DNA from: Lama guanicoe
Taxonomy: Eukaryota
Direction of reading: 5' to 3'
Assembly (NCBI GenBank): GCA_013239625.1
Contig: MU054212.1
Coordinates: 1,364,001-1,428,000 of the forward strand
DNA length: 64,000 nt
The notes under the pieces were generated by a model. It saw nothing but the letters and a program-made list of their open reading frames with translations. It was not told the origin of the DNA and ran no database searches. A program made the position numbers and the translations under genes. Positions 13,031-25,499 of the stretch are shown one piece after another. Numbering within the stretch: the stretch's first letter is position 1; every line of letters starts with the position of its first letter.

Positions 13031-13739
13031 GTTTTACATTTACTACCTGTGGTGGCTGAATAACCTTGTAATGACACATTTTCTCCCCTTCCAGGAATGG
13101 AAATATGGGGTTCATCGTCAAGTTTGGTTCAGATACAGAGAAATACAGCTATAATTTTGCATATCTGAGCCCCTAGTCTGTAAATTTCAACATGCCATCA
13201 CCACCTCACTGGTATACTAAATCTGTGAATTTATTAGGAAACTTAAATCTTTTTTTGCTCTTAGTTTCCTAATTTGTAAAAATGTGGGTTATGATTCTCT
13301 CTGTTTGAGGGATATTATGAGGGTTAAATGAGATGTGTTTAATGATACTTAGCATGTGATAAGCATCCAACAAAACCGTTAAGTAATTATTTTTTCACTA
13401 TTTAGGGGAGAACTGTCCTATAGCAATACCTCTTTAAGACAGACTATTTCTGAGGATTTTAACAGTACCTGGAATTTTAAATTGACACTGAGGTTCCCAA
13501 GTTCTTAGGCTCCCCTAGGGAGCAACAGAGCACAGTAGCTCAGAGCTAGGTCTCAGGAGTCTGCATGTTTGAATCCTGTGTCCGCTTTTTTGCTTGCCTT
13601 GCTAGCTTGGGCAAGTTATCTATTTCTCTGTATTCAGTTTTGAAAACCTTATGAAAAGCTAAGCTGGCCATGGGCTGATGCAGAAAGACTGCTTAGTTTG
13701 GGAGATACAATGGGAACCTTGAATCTGGTCAAGGACCAT

Positions 13740-14925
13740 AGACGAAAGGTTGACAAACATTTTCTGTAAATAGCCAAATACTATATATTTTATGCACTGT
13801 GAGCCATCTCTTTCACAGCTACTCAGTTTTGTATTGTGAAAGCAGTCATAAACAATATATATGCTAATAATAGCACGTGTTCCAACAAAACTATTTTTAG
13901 ATACTGAAATCTGAATTTCATAAAATTCTCATGTGTCATGAAATACTCGTTTGATGTTTTCAACTGTATAAACGTGTAAAGGAAAACACTCTTCCTGTGT
14001 ATTTCCTTTACTCTCAAAACCTCTACTAACAGAATATTTCACTTCTGACAGTAGGCTTCTTACAAATCAAGACATTCTGTGACACCAGCTTGATGTCCTA
14101 CAACTCAGTTCAGTTCTGCCACTGTCTACCTGGAGATAGCGTCAGATCCCACAGGTTAAGGGTTCAGTCCTACAAGACTGCCCCTCCCACTGCTTCATAT
14201 GCCAATCTCAAGTCAGATTGCTTCTAACCAACTTGGTATAACCTGGAGCTTCTCATGACCCCCACCTCTGGTTGCTAGAGCTGCAGGCAGAACCCAGGAG
14301 AACATTTGACTTGCTAGATTATCACTTCATTATAAAAGAATATAACTCAGAAACAGCCTGATGGAAGAGATGCAGAAGGCAAGGTATATGGGAAGGGGTA
14401 CAGAGCTTTCTGAACTCTGTCCTTTTGGTCTTTAATGGAAGCTTCACTACACAGGTATGGATCAGTTAAATCACTGGCCATTGGTAACTGATTCAATCTC
14501 CAGCCCCTCTCCTCTCCCAGAAGGTTGGAGGTGGAGCTGAAAGTTCCAACATTCTAATCACCTGCTGGGTTCCTCTGGCAACCATCCCGCATCCTTAAGG
14601 TTTTTCCAAAAATCACCTCATTCACTTAAACTCAAGTATTGGTTGAAAGGGGCTTATTATGAGTAACAAGACACTCCTTTTACCTTTATGGTGCTGAAGC
14701 TATTTCAGGAACCAAGCACAAGAGACCAAATATTGTACCAAAAGATTCTCCCAGTGCTCTTATCACTTGGGAAGTTCCTAGGGTTTTAGAAGTTCTGTGA
14801 AGAAATGAGGATGTAGACCAAATATGTATTTCTAATTATAAGCCACAGTTATCACAACATGTAAAAACCACTTAACTCAGGAGCCAAACTATGGTTTGTG
14901 ACCCAGAGTTGGCCAACCCCTGGTG
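13740..14925. mobile_element. MER58B-like hAT-Charlie element split by an LTR
   Basis: 5' part 13740-13974 and 3' part 14857-14925 (gttggccaacccctg) flank the MER21-like LTR. Confidence 0.7.
13975..14856 (-). mobile_element. MER21-like solo LTR
   Basis: TG...CA ends; tctacctggagatagcgtcagatcccacaggttaaggg and tcttatcacttgggaagttcctagggtttt motifs. Confidence 0.8.
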
Positions 14926-15092
14926 TAGACCAGGTAGAGAGAGAGGCAGGTTGAAAGTATAATGCTAACAGATAGAATTTGGGTTTCTGAGCCTAGGGGA
15001 GATGGTTGGGTTTTGTTTTGTTTTGTTTTGTTTTCATTTAGCCCAGGTTTTGAGTTGTATACTGTTTCGGGGCATGATAAAACTAATTTGTA

Positions 15093-15451
15093 TATTAGGA
15101 CCCATAAAAGGGAGGCCACTCCAGTGGCCTGTCCCACATCTGTCACATATGTAAACCTAAGTCAGCCTGTACTTATGGGGAAGGCCTGTCAAGGAAACCT
15201 CATTTACACCAATCACAATCCTCCAACTTATGTTAGCTAGCTTACCTCACCCTAGAAAATGGGGTCTCCTTGCCAGTCATGCCCTATCTCTGCTATGCCT
15301 CTTCTAATGTGCTTTCAATCTTGCTCTTGCTCAAAATCTCTCAGGAAGAGTGCGCCGCTGCTTGTGAGGCTCTACCAATCCATGGATTGTCTTCTCTTGA
15401 ATAAAGGACATCAACCCCCTTACCAAATTGTATCATTTTTGTCATCTGACA
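15093..15451 (+). mobile_element. ERV1-class solo LTR (MER89/MER90/MER110-like)
   Basis: CCAAT box, AATAAA near 15400 and a tttgtcatctgaca end. Confidence 0.5.
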
Positions 15452-15489
15452 GCAAGAGATAAATCACAAGTATGCATTTGTAATCAAGG

Positions 15490-15720
15490 AGAACTAGATT
15501 TGGAAGTTAGAGCTGGATTTAAATTTTGGTTCCATGCCTTGAGCATGGAAATTATCTGGGATAAGTTACTTAGCTTCTTTGAGGCTTATTTTCTTCATCT
15601 GTTAAATGGGGCTAATAATCCTTCCTTTCAGGAGTTTTGGAGAGCTGAATGAAATGAGATAATGTATGAAATGTCATCAGTCTAAAGCTTCACACGCAGT
15701 GGGAGCTCAATAGGTGATGG
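15490..15720 (+). mobile_element. MIR SINE
   Basis: gggataagttacttagcttctttgaggcttattttcttcatctgttaaatggggctaataat. Confidence 0.75.
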
Positions 15721-15777
15721 TTAGCATGTTTCTCATTGTAAAAGAAGTGAAATCAGTAATTGGTAAGATCTTGGCGC

Positions 15778-16272
15778 TGACAAAGAACTGAATATGCCAC
15801 TGTAAAATATGCCTCTTTCGCATGAGTTATTTCGAGCTGATTTTTTCAAGAAACTGCAAACACAGCAGAAGCTTTGAAAACAGCATAGATTACAATCCTT
15901 TTGTAAGGGAAACCTACATTTATAAAGAAAATTTACATTAGAAAGGGGGCCTCTACCAGGATGAGAGCTATACCAGAAATAATTTTTCAGTTGGAGTCTT
16001 AAATGCAGGAAGGGCAATTTTTGATCACCAAACATTCCCGCCTCTCACCTGCCTGTAAATTGCCCCCTACCCTTTCCAACATCTTTTGTATTTAGCTGAA
16101 GATGGTATTTATGGCAGTGGCTTGGGCCATCTCAGGAGATTTACTCATTTTTCTTGGGTATCTCCCTTGTATATATGACACATACATGTTAATTAACTGT
16201 TTTTTTCTCGTTAATCTATTTTTAGCTAAGAACTCAGAATGGTAGAGGGAAAATTATTTTTCCTCCCCTACA
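15778..16272 (+). mobile_element. MER39/MER34-like ERV1 solo LTR
   Basis: tgacaaagaactgaatatgccac start; gagggaaaattatttttcctcccctaca end. Confidence 0.75.
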
Positions 16273-16659
16273 ATGCAAAACAGAGTGAAAAGAAAAGCCA
16301 AGTGAGAGATGATGGTGGCCTGAATTGAGCTACTGGTAGTAGGAATGGATGGAAGTAGATGGATTTAAGGTATATTTAGGAGGTAAAAGTGAGAGGACTT
16401 GGCATTGGAGTTGAGACCTGCAGAAAAGAAAGGAGTTAAAATGGCATTCAGGTATGAGAATGGGCAACTGGGTAGATGGTGGTGCTGTTTAAGTCTAACC
16501 TGTTTTACTAATTGGGAAGCCATTTCACTGCCACTTAGATGCCCAGGGCCCTTCATTGCTGTCGCTCTGCTGTCTTACTCATTTCCAGCCTGTATCTGGG
16601 ATTTGATCCAGCACACCTCCTAGAGCTTGCAAAAGACTCTGGACACTTACAATGGAAGT

Positions 16660-17945
16660 ACCAGACTTCTTGATTTCAAACTACACTACAACGTTACAGT
16701 AATCAAAACTGTGTAGTACCGGTATAAAATCAAACACATAGACCAATGGAACAGAACTGAGTGCCCAAAAAACAACAAAAAAACCCCCTCATATATGCAG
16801 TCAACTTATATTTAGCAAGGGAGCCAAGGATACTCAAAGGAGAAAGAATGGTCTCTTCAATAAATGGTGTTGGAAAAATTGCATAACTACATGCAGAAGA
16901 AACCCTGCCATTTGTGACAACATAGATGTACCTTGAAGGCATTACACTAGATGAAATTAAGCCAGACAAAGACAAATACCATATGATCTCACTATGTGTG
17001 GAATCTTAAACAAACAAAGAACAAAACAAAAACCTGAGCTCATAGATGCTGAGAACAGATTGGTGGTTGCCACAGGCAGGGAATAGGGAGTGGCTGAAAT
17101 GAGTGAATGTGGTGTTCACTTCACAGTATACATAAATACCGAATTATCATGTTGTATACCTGAAACTAATATAATGTTATATGTCGATAATGCCTCAAAA
17201 AAATTAAAAAAAAGAAAAAAAAACCCACAATGAGATGTCACCTCCCACTCACTAAGATGGCTACTATCAAAAATACAGAAAATAACTAGTGGCAAGGGTG
17301 TGGAGAAATTGGAACTCTTGTTCCATGTTGGTAGGAATGTAAAATGGTGAAGCCACTATGGAAAACAGTATGGTGATTCCTCAAAATGCTAAACATTAAA
17401 ATTACTGTAAGACCCAGCAATTCCACTTCTGGGTATATACCCCCCAAAATTGAAAGCACAGATGTACAAAACTGAATTTGTACATCTATGTTCATAGCAG
17501 CATTATTCACAATAGTCAAAAGGTGGAAGCAACCCAAGTGTCCACTGACAGATGAACAGGTACACAAATTGTGTTATATACATGAAATAGTATATTTTTC
17601 AGCTGTAAAAAGGAAAAAAATTCTGGCATATGCTACAACATGGATAAACCTTGAGGACATTGTGCTGAGTGAAATAAGCCAGTTACAAAAGGACAAATAT
17701 TATATAATTCTACTTATATGAGATATCTAGAGTAGTCAAATTCGTAGACAGTGCAACAGTAGTTGGGAGGACTGGAGAATGTGAAGTTGTTAGGAATGGG
17801 TATAGAGTTTTGGGTTATGCAAGCTGAAAGAGTTCTGGAGATTGGTTACACAACAATGTGAATATACTTAACACCACTGAATGGTACACTTAAAAATGGT
17901 TAAGATACTAAATTTTATCTTGTGTATATTTTGCCACAATTTAAA
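16660..17945 (+). mobile_element. Two consecutive L1 (L1MA/L1MB-like) ORF2-end/3'UTR fragments
   Basis: ORF2 C-terminal remnants (MFIAALFTIVKRWKQPKCP); 3' ends with A tails at about 17200 and 17945. Confidence 0.85.
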
Positions 17946-18190
17946 TAGAAATAGGACCCTAAATGATCTAGGATAGCAGTGGTTTTGTTCTAACTGTGGT
18001 GAGGTGACAAGACCAGGCAGGAAGAAAGCTGAAAGAGAACTCCAGTCAAAGTAGCTGATGGAAGTTGCCAAAGGCATGGGGTGCTAAGTGTGAGGACTAC
18101 TCTTGTTAAGAAGAACAGAGTGCTCTGGCATATTTCAAAGTGGTTCATTTTCCTCTTCTTCTGCATGCAGAAGCATGAGGGGATTTTTCT

Positions 18191-18398
18191 TTTGTGTGTG
18201 TGTATTTTATCTTTTTTTATTGAAGTATAGTCAGTTTACAATGTTGTGTCAATTTCTGGTGTACAGCATAATGTTTCAGTCATACATATACATACACACA
18301 TTCATTTTCATATTCTTCTTCATTATAGGTTACTACAAAATATTGAATATAGTTCCCTGTGCTATACAGTAGAAACTTGCTGTTTACCTATTTTATAC
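18191..18398 (-). mobile_element. Young camelid-type L1 3' end inserted into an older L1M 5' fragment (about 17970-18790)
   Basis: ttgaagtatagtcagtttacaatgttgtgtcaatttctggtgtacagc; imperfect TSD gaggggatttttct / ggggggaattttcc. Confidence 0.8.
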
Positions 18399-18869
18399 AG
18401 GGGGGAATTTTCCTGATATCTACCGTGGGAACCCAGTCAAGCTCCTGCGGGTAAAACTCATAGTATTCTGGGTACCTTCCTGTGACTGGATTTCCCTGGA
18501 GTTTTTAACTCTCAGAGTTGTTAGCACGGGTCCTCCAGCAAATCAGTTACAGTTCAGGTTTCCTACCCTGGCACTAGTTCCTGTGGCATTTTATGTTATC
18601 AGAATTTCTGCTCTGCTCTGGTAACTCATGATTTCGTGTCTGTCTCTCCAGTCTTCGGGACAGTCGTTTGCACTATGCCTTTTCTTTTTTTATGGATCCA
18701 AAAAGAGCCTATTTTTCAGTCCATTTAGTTTTTTATTTTTAGGAGGGAGTGGCAACTTCCAAGCTCCTGACATGCAAAATCGGAAATCTAAGACCATGTT
18801 TGTTTATGTTATCTAATTTGTTTAAATATAGTCATAATGACTAGATTTGGAAATAAATTCTATACTAAG

Positions 18870-19094
18870 ACTGTGGAAAATCACACTGTTCAGTTCTGTT
18901 GTCTGTCAATTCTACTGTTGTGCTATTTTGTGTTTATAAGAACTTAGAAGAACCTACATTGTTTGAATGCTAAAATATGATCTCATATTGATCTTAAGTG
19001 TTCATGAGGTTTCTCTCTAATGCTTATGTCATCTTACACTTGTTTCACAAGCTTAAAATATACTTGATGTTTAAAGTATAAAGATATTGTTAAA
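18870..19094 (-). pseudogene. RGS-domain fossil exon (3' boundary approximate)
   Basis: cttctttattttgtattcag| LTISLYFKHQVYFKLVKQV*DDISIREK...; cf. RGS22 LLFWQEVQKYKDL..CDESVIQKK. Confidence 0.45.
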
Positions 19095-19114
19095 CTGAAT
19101 ACAAAATAAAGAAG

Positions 19115-20490
19115 AGTACGGTACTGGCATAAAGACAGACATCTAGATCAATGGACTAGAATTGAGAGTCAAGAAATAAACCTATACATTTATTGTCAAT
19201 TGATTTTCTACAAGGGTGCCAAGACAATTCATTGGGCAAAAAATAGTCTTTCTGACAATAGTGTCAACTTGTAATCCACATGCAAAACAGTGAAGCCGCA
19301 CTCCTACCTCACACCACATATAAAAATAACTAGCTCAAAATGTATCAGACCTAAATGTAAGAACTAAAACTATAAAACTCAGAAGAAAACGTAATAGTAA
19401 ATCTTCATGACCTTGGATTAGGTAATGGGTTTTTAGAAATGACACCAAAAGCACAAGCAACTAAAGAAAAAAAAATTGGAATACATCAAAATTAAAAACT
19501 TCTGTGCTTCAGAGGACACTACTAAGGAAGTAAAAATATAACACACAGAATGGGAGAAAATATTTACAAATTGTATATCTTCAAAGGGTCTAGTACTTAG
19601 AATATATAAAGAAGACTTAAAATGTAACAACAAAATAACAAATGACCCAACTGAAAAGTAAGCAAAAGACTTGAATAGACAGGTTTCCAAAGACAATATA
19701 CAAATGGCCAAGAAGCATATGAGATGTTCTACACTATTAGATATTAGGGAAATATAAATCAAATCCACAATGAAAAATCACTTCACATCCACTAGCATAA
19801 TATAATAATGAAAAATAACTAGTGTTGGCTAGAATGTGGAGAAACTGGAATCCTTGTGCATTGCTGATGAGAATATGAAATGGTGTAGCTGCTTTGGAAA
19901 ACAGTTTGGCAGATCCTAGAAGTTGAAAACAGAGTTACCATTTGACCCAGCAATTCCATTCTTTGGTATAAACTCAAGAGAACTGGAAATTACATGTCCA
20001 CACAAAAACTTGTAAACAAATGTTACAGCAACATTATTCATAATAACCCAGAAATAAAAACAACCCAAAAGCCCATTAATAAATAAATGGATAAACAAAA
20101 TGTGTTATATCCATATAAGGGAGTATTATTCAGTCATAAAAAGAAATGAAATATTCATGGTGCAATGTGGATGAACCTTGAAAACATTATTCTATGTGAC
20201 AGAAACCACAGTCACAGAGGAGCACACAGTGTATGATTCTATTCATATGAAATATACAGAACAGGTAAAACTATTGAGACAAACAGTATATTTGTAATTA
20301 TTGGGGACTAGGGAGAAGTAGTTGGTGATGAAGGAATGGGGAGTGACTGCTATGGGTACAGTATTTCTTTTTAGTGTGATAAAAATATTCTGGAATTCAA
20401 TTGCACAATTTTCTAAATATACTAAAAGCCACTGAATTGTATACTTTAAAATTTTATGGTATTTGAATTATTTCTTTATAAAAAATTAAA
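19115..20490 (+). mobile_element. L1MB-like ORF2 3' region and 3'UTR
   Basis: gtactggcataaagacagacatctagatcaatgg ... ccactgaattgtatactttaaa. Confidence 0.85.
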
Positions 20491-20773
20491 AATAAATGAG
20501 AATGATATATGTGATTGTCACCATTTTGGACAATGGTTTTATAAAATATAGATAAGAAACTTCTCATGTAGTAGAGTATATTCTGTAAATACATTTTCAA
20601 TTTAATTATAAATCAAATCAATCACTGAAACATATTTAACAGCAGAAAGATATTTAATATTTGAAACATTATGAATTTCTCAAGTTTCCTTTTTAAAATG
20701 ATTCAGAAGTATATCTTATATGTGTCTAGTTTTATAGTTTCATGCATAAGAGAAAAAATGATTAAATTCATAC

Positions 20774-21018
20774 TCCAATGAAGAATTTATTTTATAAAAA
20801 TCATGCTAGGAATTACTTTAGTTTTATTTTGGTATTTTGGAAACAAAAGACAAGTATGTGCATTTATAAACTGCAGGTGAGTAGAATACCAGTTTACAAC
20901 ATGAACCAAGATGATTTGGGTTTACTGTAGGATTATATCATAATATATAATTCTTTTCATTTGTTTTAATGAATGTACTAATGTTGTGCCAGCAAGATAT
21001 TAACAACTGTAATTTATT
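20774..21018 (-). pseudogene. RGS-domain fossil exon
   Basis: ctttttttcttacag| NKLQLLISCWHNISTFIKTNEKNYIL*...(frameshift)...QNTKIKLK*FLA*FL*NKFFIG |gtatga; CWxxIxxF resembles RGS22 LMCWTDIEQF. Confidence 0.55.
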
Positions 21019-21998
21019 CTGTAAGAAAAAAAGGTATGAAAACTTAATAAAGCAACCATTATAGGAGAAAGATCACAGGGTTTTGTTTCTTGTGAAGTAG
21101 TTGTTAATGAATGAACACGAGCAAATTAAATTTTAGTAATATATGAGTGTGTATGATAACAGATAACTTCCAATAACCTGGTCATTATAGGTTTTAGCAA
21201 TTTGTTTTAAACTCCTAATTCTAATATATCCTAATATATATATGTCATATCTCACATATATATCTTATATATTTCATATATAAATTATATATATAGGTAA
21301 AATACACATTACATAGAGATATGACTTAACATAAGTTTCATTTGATTCTTTTCCCATTCAGGGAATGCAAATTAATGCTAATGATCTTTTTTTAAGTCTG
21401 AATTATTTTCCCCATTTGTCACTCTTTAACCTTTATTCTTCTTTGCATTTATTCATGATTAATTCACTACCAAGAGGCACTAGGATTTTTTTTCACTCTT
21501 CCACAATTACAAAGTCCCTTTCAAAAATAGCCAGTATTTATGCTTAGTCAACTTTCAAGGTCTTGCTATTAAAAAAACAATGAAGCACTTGTTTTATGCA
21601 ATTTCTTAATTCTAGTCTCTAAACTGGAGACTCTAGAGAGCCTTCAGGGTGAAGGACGAAGGAAAGAAAGGCTGATAAATACATTGCTGACTTGTCTGTA
21701 GTATAAGATAAGGTATAAAAGTAAACAAGATGCCAGTAACTGCTGCAGGTAAGATGGTGAAGGGGCAGAGTGGGCTGGCACAGAAAGTAAACAGGGCTTT
21801 ATTTAAGGAACTGTGCATGATAATCTGCACTGTTTTTTGTAATTCCATGTAGGAAGGGAAAACAATTCAACAGCCTTGGGGATCTTGCCTTGTGGCCTTA
21901 GGTTGTGGGGAATTGCCTTCATGGGTATGGCTGCCAAGTAGATAACATTCAGGAAAAGAATAATGACTAATCATGTTCGCTACATTTCATTCTCTTAC

Positions 21999-22990
21999 CT
22001 TGTGTGAACATGGAGTTGGTTAGGTGCAAAGCTCAGAATTTTATTCTTGGTATTCTATTTGAATTTATTTAAATTTATTGAAGTGTCAAGTCTTTGTAAC
22101 TTGTGTACCAGCTCCCTTCCTTTTCTATCACACCTGATGTATGTCTAAATATTCTTTTCAAATATTTATGATACATTAAAAATTCAAATTCTGTAAATAA
22201 AATAAATATATGTAAGTAAATCCCACCAACAGTCTATTATCAGTAATCTCCATACGTAGGTTTACATTCAATATAACCCATTTACAGAGACTGCTCTATA
22301 ATCATAGACTTTAATGTTCAAAAGATCATGATTGAAACATTTTAATCAAGACTTTTAAGCATCTAGAGGCTTTTGTATACCAGTTAGCAATTTGCTATTA
22401 AATAATGAATTGAAATAACTTTTTGGTAGACTGTGACCAGTGACCTAAGACCTACTGACACTGTTTAGATTCTCTTAGTTCATTAACTATGCTTATATAA
22501 TTAAGAACAGAAATAAACATTACCTTGCCTCATCCAGTTACTCTGAAAAAAAGTACACAGAAGGCAATTGAACATTGGGTTAAAGATTCATCTTGCTCAT
22601 GTTGACAGAGACATAACAAGAGCCTTAATCTGAACCAACAGATACTGGACTCTGCATCCCAGTCTTCAACTTTGTGTTCCATTTCCTTCAACAAACAAGA
22701 GACTAAAACCACCACCATGCAGGGACTTCCTAGCAGGTTTACATTTAGGGATGAAGGGAAAGTACTAGGAGAAAGCTCTTTTCTTCCTGACACTATTTTA
22801 TATTTTATTTATAGCTTTTTTCTTCTTTCATTCTTTTTCACATATTGTGCCTTTTGTCTCCTTTTCTTTTAAGTTAATCTGCCTTAAATTTTCTTACACT
22901 TTTCAGTTTGTGCACTTAATTCCTTTTGCATTTCTAAAGGAGTAGCTGCTAAAGATTTCTTATTGTTTAATGACATCAAGTTTTATAGCT
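21999..22990 (-). pseudogene. RGS-like fossil exons (about 22990-22524 and 22190-21999)
   Basis: Long near-open K-rich frame ...RRQKAQYVKK...LSPSTFPSSLNVNL... with a donor caag|gtaat at 22524; then tttattttatttacag| FEFLMYHKYLKRIF... aag|gtaaga. Confidence 0.4.
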
Positions 22991-23029
22991 GCCACAGCTA
23001 TCTAGTTGCCTCTGTCTGACAGCCCTTAA

Positions 23030-24330
23030 ACTGGTGAAGAGCTTTTTGAAAGATGCAGAGAACAAAACAGCTGAAAATATTTGCCATCCATAGGTGTCCA
23101 GGAAGGAGTCCACTGGGATGTGTAGGAAGCATAGCTCCTCATTCTCCAGGGCTGAGAACCCTCCCCAGTCTGTTCTCCATCCAGCTTCTTGGTGCTATTT
23201 TCCTGAGCTACTTCTAGCAAATCATTGAACCTGAAGGTGGTCTGGGGCACCCCCAACAACAGTAAGGCAGACTAGTCAGTCTCTGTGACTCCTCCTTGAG
23301 ATCCCCTCTTCTGGGGTGAGGTAATGGAAGACTGACTAGGGTCTGGGCACTCGCTTGTTGCTCACAATAGTGGATTAACACTGTAAAAAGATCAAATAGT
23401 AAATATTTCAGGCTTTGCAGGCCATTTGGTCTCTTGCAACAGAAAACCAGCATAATGTTTTCTCAACAAAGTTTGGCCTTTGCTCTGGAAGATCCACTCA
23501 TTTAATCACATCATCAACTCTAGCACTGAGATCACAATAACCCCCATCATATCCTGCTCACTCTGTGAGGATATTCTGAGCACCCTTATATCCTCAGTTA
23601 GGCCAGTTTTGCCCCTCGGTGTCTTTCTGCTAATAGGTTTGTGTCCATGGTAGTACAAGGTAAGGGGTGGCAGGTACCTTCCTGGGTGTCTCAGTTCCAG
23701 GATATGAATCTAAAGTATGATACAGCTGGACATAGCACCCAAATTCAAAGACCCCACATGGGAGCCCTCAGTGTAACCAGTGAGACAGACCCCCCTCCCC
23801 TTTTTGTCTACAAATTGAGTCCTTAGCTGCCATCTAAGAAAGGTAAAAGTTGGGAAGATGGTTGCCTTTACTCTTTGTGGCAGAAAAGTCCCTGGGATTG
23901 TTACTGATGTTGCTGGTGCCCAGTCTGTTACCCTCTTGGGCCTCAAATGCTCATACCTGCTGATGTCCCGCCTGCCAGCAACTGCACTTATTTGCTGACG
24001 GCTTTCTCTGGTGGCCTGATCTACACTGCATATGTACCTCAGGCTGGGAATACTGGAGGATTAGTGCCACCCTCAAACCCTGGCAATCTTTGGCTGGTGA
24101 TTTACTGCTTGCTCTCTGCTACGGGAATAACTCTGAGGAGCATGTTCTATACTGGCTTCCAGAGTATCCCAGTGGCATTAAGATTTCATTAGCCAAAGTG
24201 TAACTTCAATGCTGCCTTCTTGGCTCTCTTCCTTTCCCCACTTTTCTCCTAGTACTCTTGGAATCACCTCTCAAATACTTATACAGATCCTTGTCTCAGG
24301 ATCTGCTTCTGGGATACCACACACTAAGAC
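23030..24330 (+). mobile_element. ERVL-class LTR remnants (MER68/MER77-like to about 23260; LTR16-like end at about 24330) with a MER58A fragment at about 23370-23440
   Basis: ctagcaaatcattgaacctgaaggtggtctggggcaccccc; cagatccttgtctcaggatctgcttctggg...ctaagaca. Confidence 0.55.
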
Positions 24331-24814
24331 ACTTGTCAACTTGTCTGCTGCTCCTTACCTGCTCTGGGCTCATCTTCTCTTTTGTTGGTTCTGAATACAC
24401 ACTGATTCCTGATGCAGGTTTAGGCAGCTCTGCATTGTAAACCTTTAGTAGAGTCTGGCCAGTACTGTGGACAGAGTAGATTGGGTATTACACTGTTGGT
24501 CTGTTGATGCTGCCTTCTTGGGTTCACAGAATAAGCCCTCGCTGCATAAGTCTTCAGCAGTGCCCCCAACTGAAGGCTAGCTCTCTCAGACTTAATTTTC
24601 ATTTTCTCCTCTGCCTCATCCTTGATGTCTTCCTTCTTTGATCACCCCCATCTCTTAGCAAAGTCCTTGTCCCTCTATTTCCTGGGCTTTTTCCCTTTAC
24701 AGAAAAGATCGAGTCTCAGTATCTTCTTGTATCTTGCAATGTTGACAGCCTCAAGTTTCCACTGTATGTCATTAAGCTGTCTGCTTTCTGCTGGGCAAGA
24801 GATGTGTCCTAGAA

Positions 24815-24848
24815 GAGAGAGAGAGAGAGAGAGTGTGTGTGTGTGTGT
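24815..24848. repeat. Compound microsatellite (GA)9(GT)8
   Basis: Read directly. Confidence 0.95.
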
Positions 24849-25499
24849 AGGCAGGAGGGAGATAAGGAGTGAGAAATTATGGCTGTAAGTATTTTTTTTC
24901 TCAAAGTATCTGGAATCTAACTGCACTAACTGTGACAGACGGGGTTTGATCACTAAGAAGACTCACAGGAACCAAAATGATCAAGCTTACAAATCTGCAG
25001 CTTATTGCAGGAAGGAGATCTGATACAGCACAAGCACAGAGGAAAGATATGCATCACAGCCCAAGGCTGCCTTACAATGAGGGGCCTGGAGAAGTTAGGC
25101 CTTTGAGCCAGACATTCTGTCTTTGTAAGGACCACATGTATATGCTTCCTCTCCAGGACCAGTACCAACTGACATGGAACCTTTTGAAACCAGGGAGCCA
25201 GAACTGGAGTCTCAGTTGGGGTTTCTTATACCCTGCTGGCCACATAGGCATGCTCTTGCTACATAGCCTTGAAAGCACAACTCTCTGAAATCTCATGGAG
25301 ACCAGATGCAAATTATCAGTCTCACGGTTATCAATAAACAATGCCGAAAGCTAGAACAGACTGGCCCCAAACTTATCAGACCCATGGTCACAAAGCAACA
25401 CTATGAATCTTCACAGTTCATGTCTTCATCTGGGGGTCAGTGCCTTGCAGGTACTTTGGCAGAACAACTCTGGTCAATTCCAGGTCTTGCAGAACTACC

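Noticed and set aside
20877..21040. Plus-strand donor/acceptor pair suggesting an exon
   Set aside because: All plus frames close quickly and the intron would be only about 54 nt; the minus-strand reading explains the block better
21673..21823. GATA/FOX/TATA cluster followed by a splice donor
   Set aside because: TATA-to-donor spacing leaves almost no exon, and such short motifs are expected in AT-rich DNA
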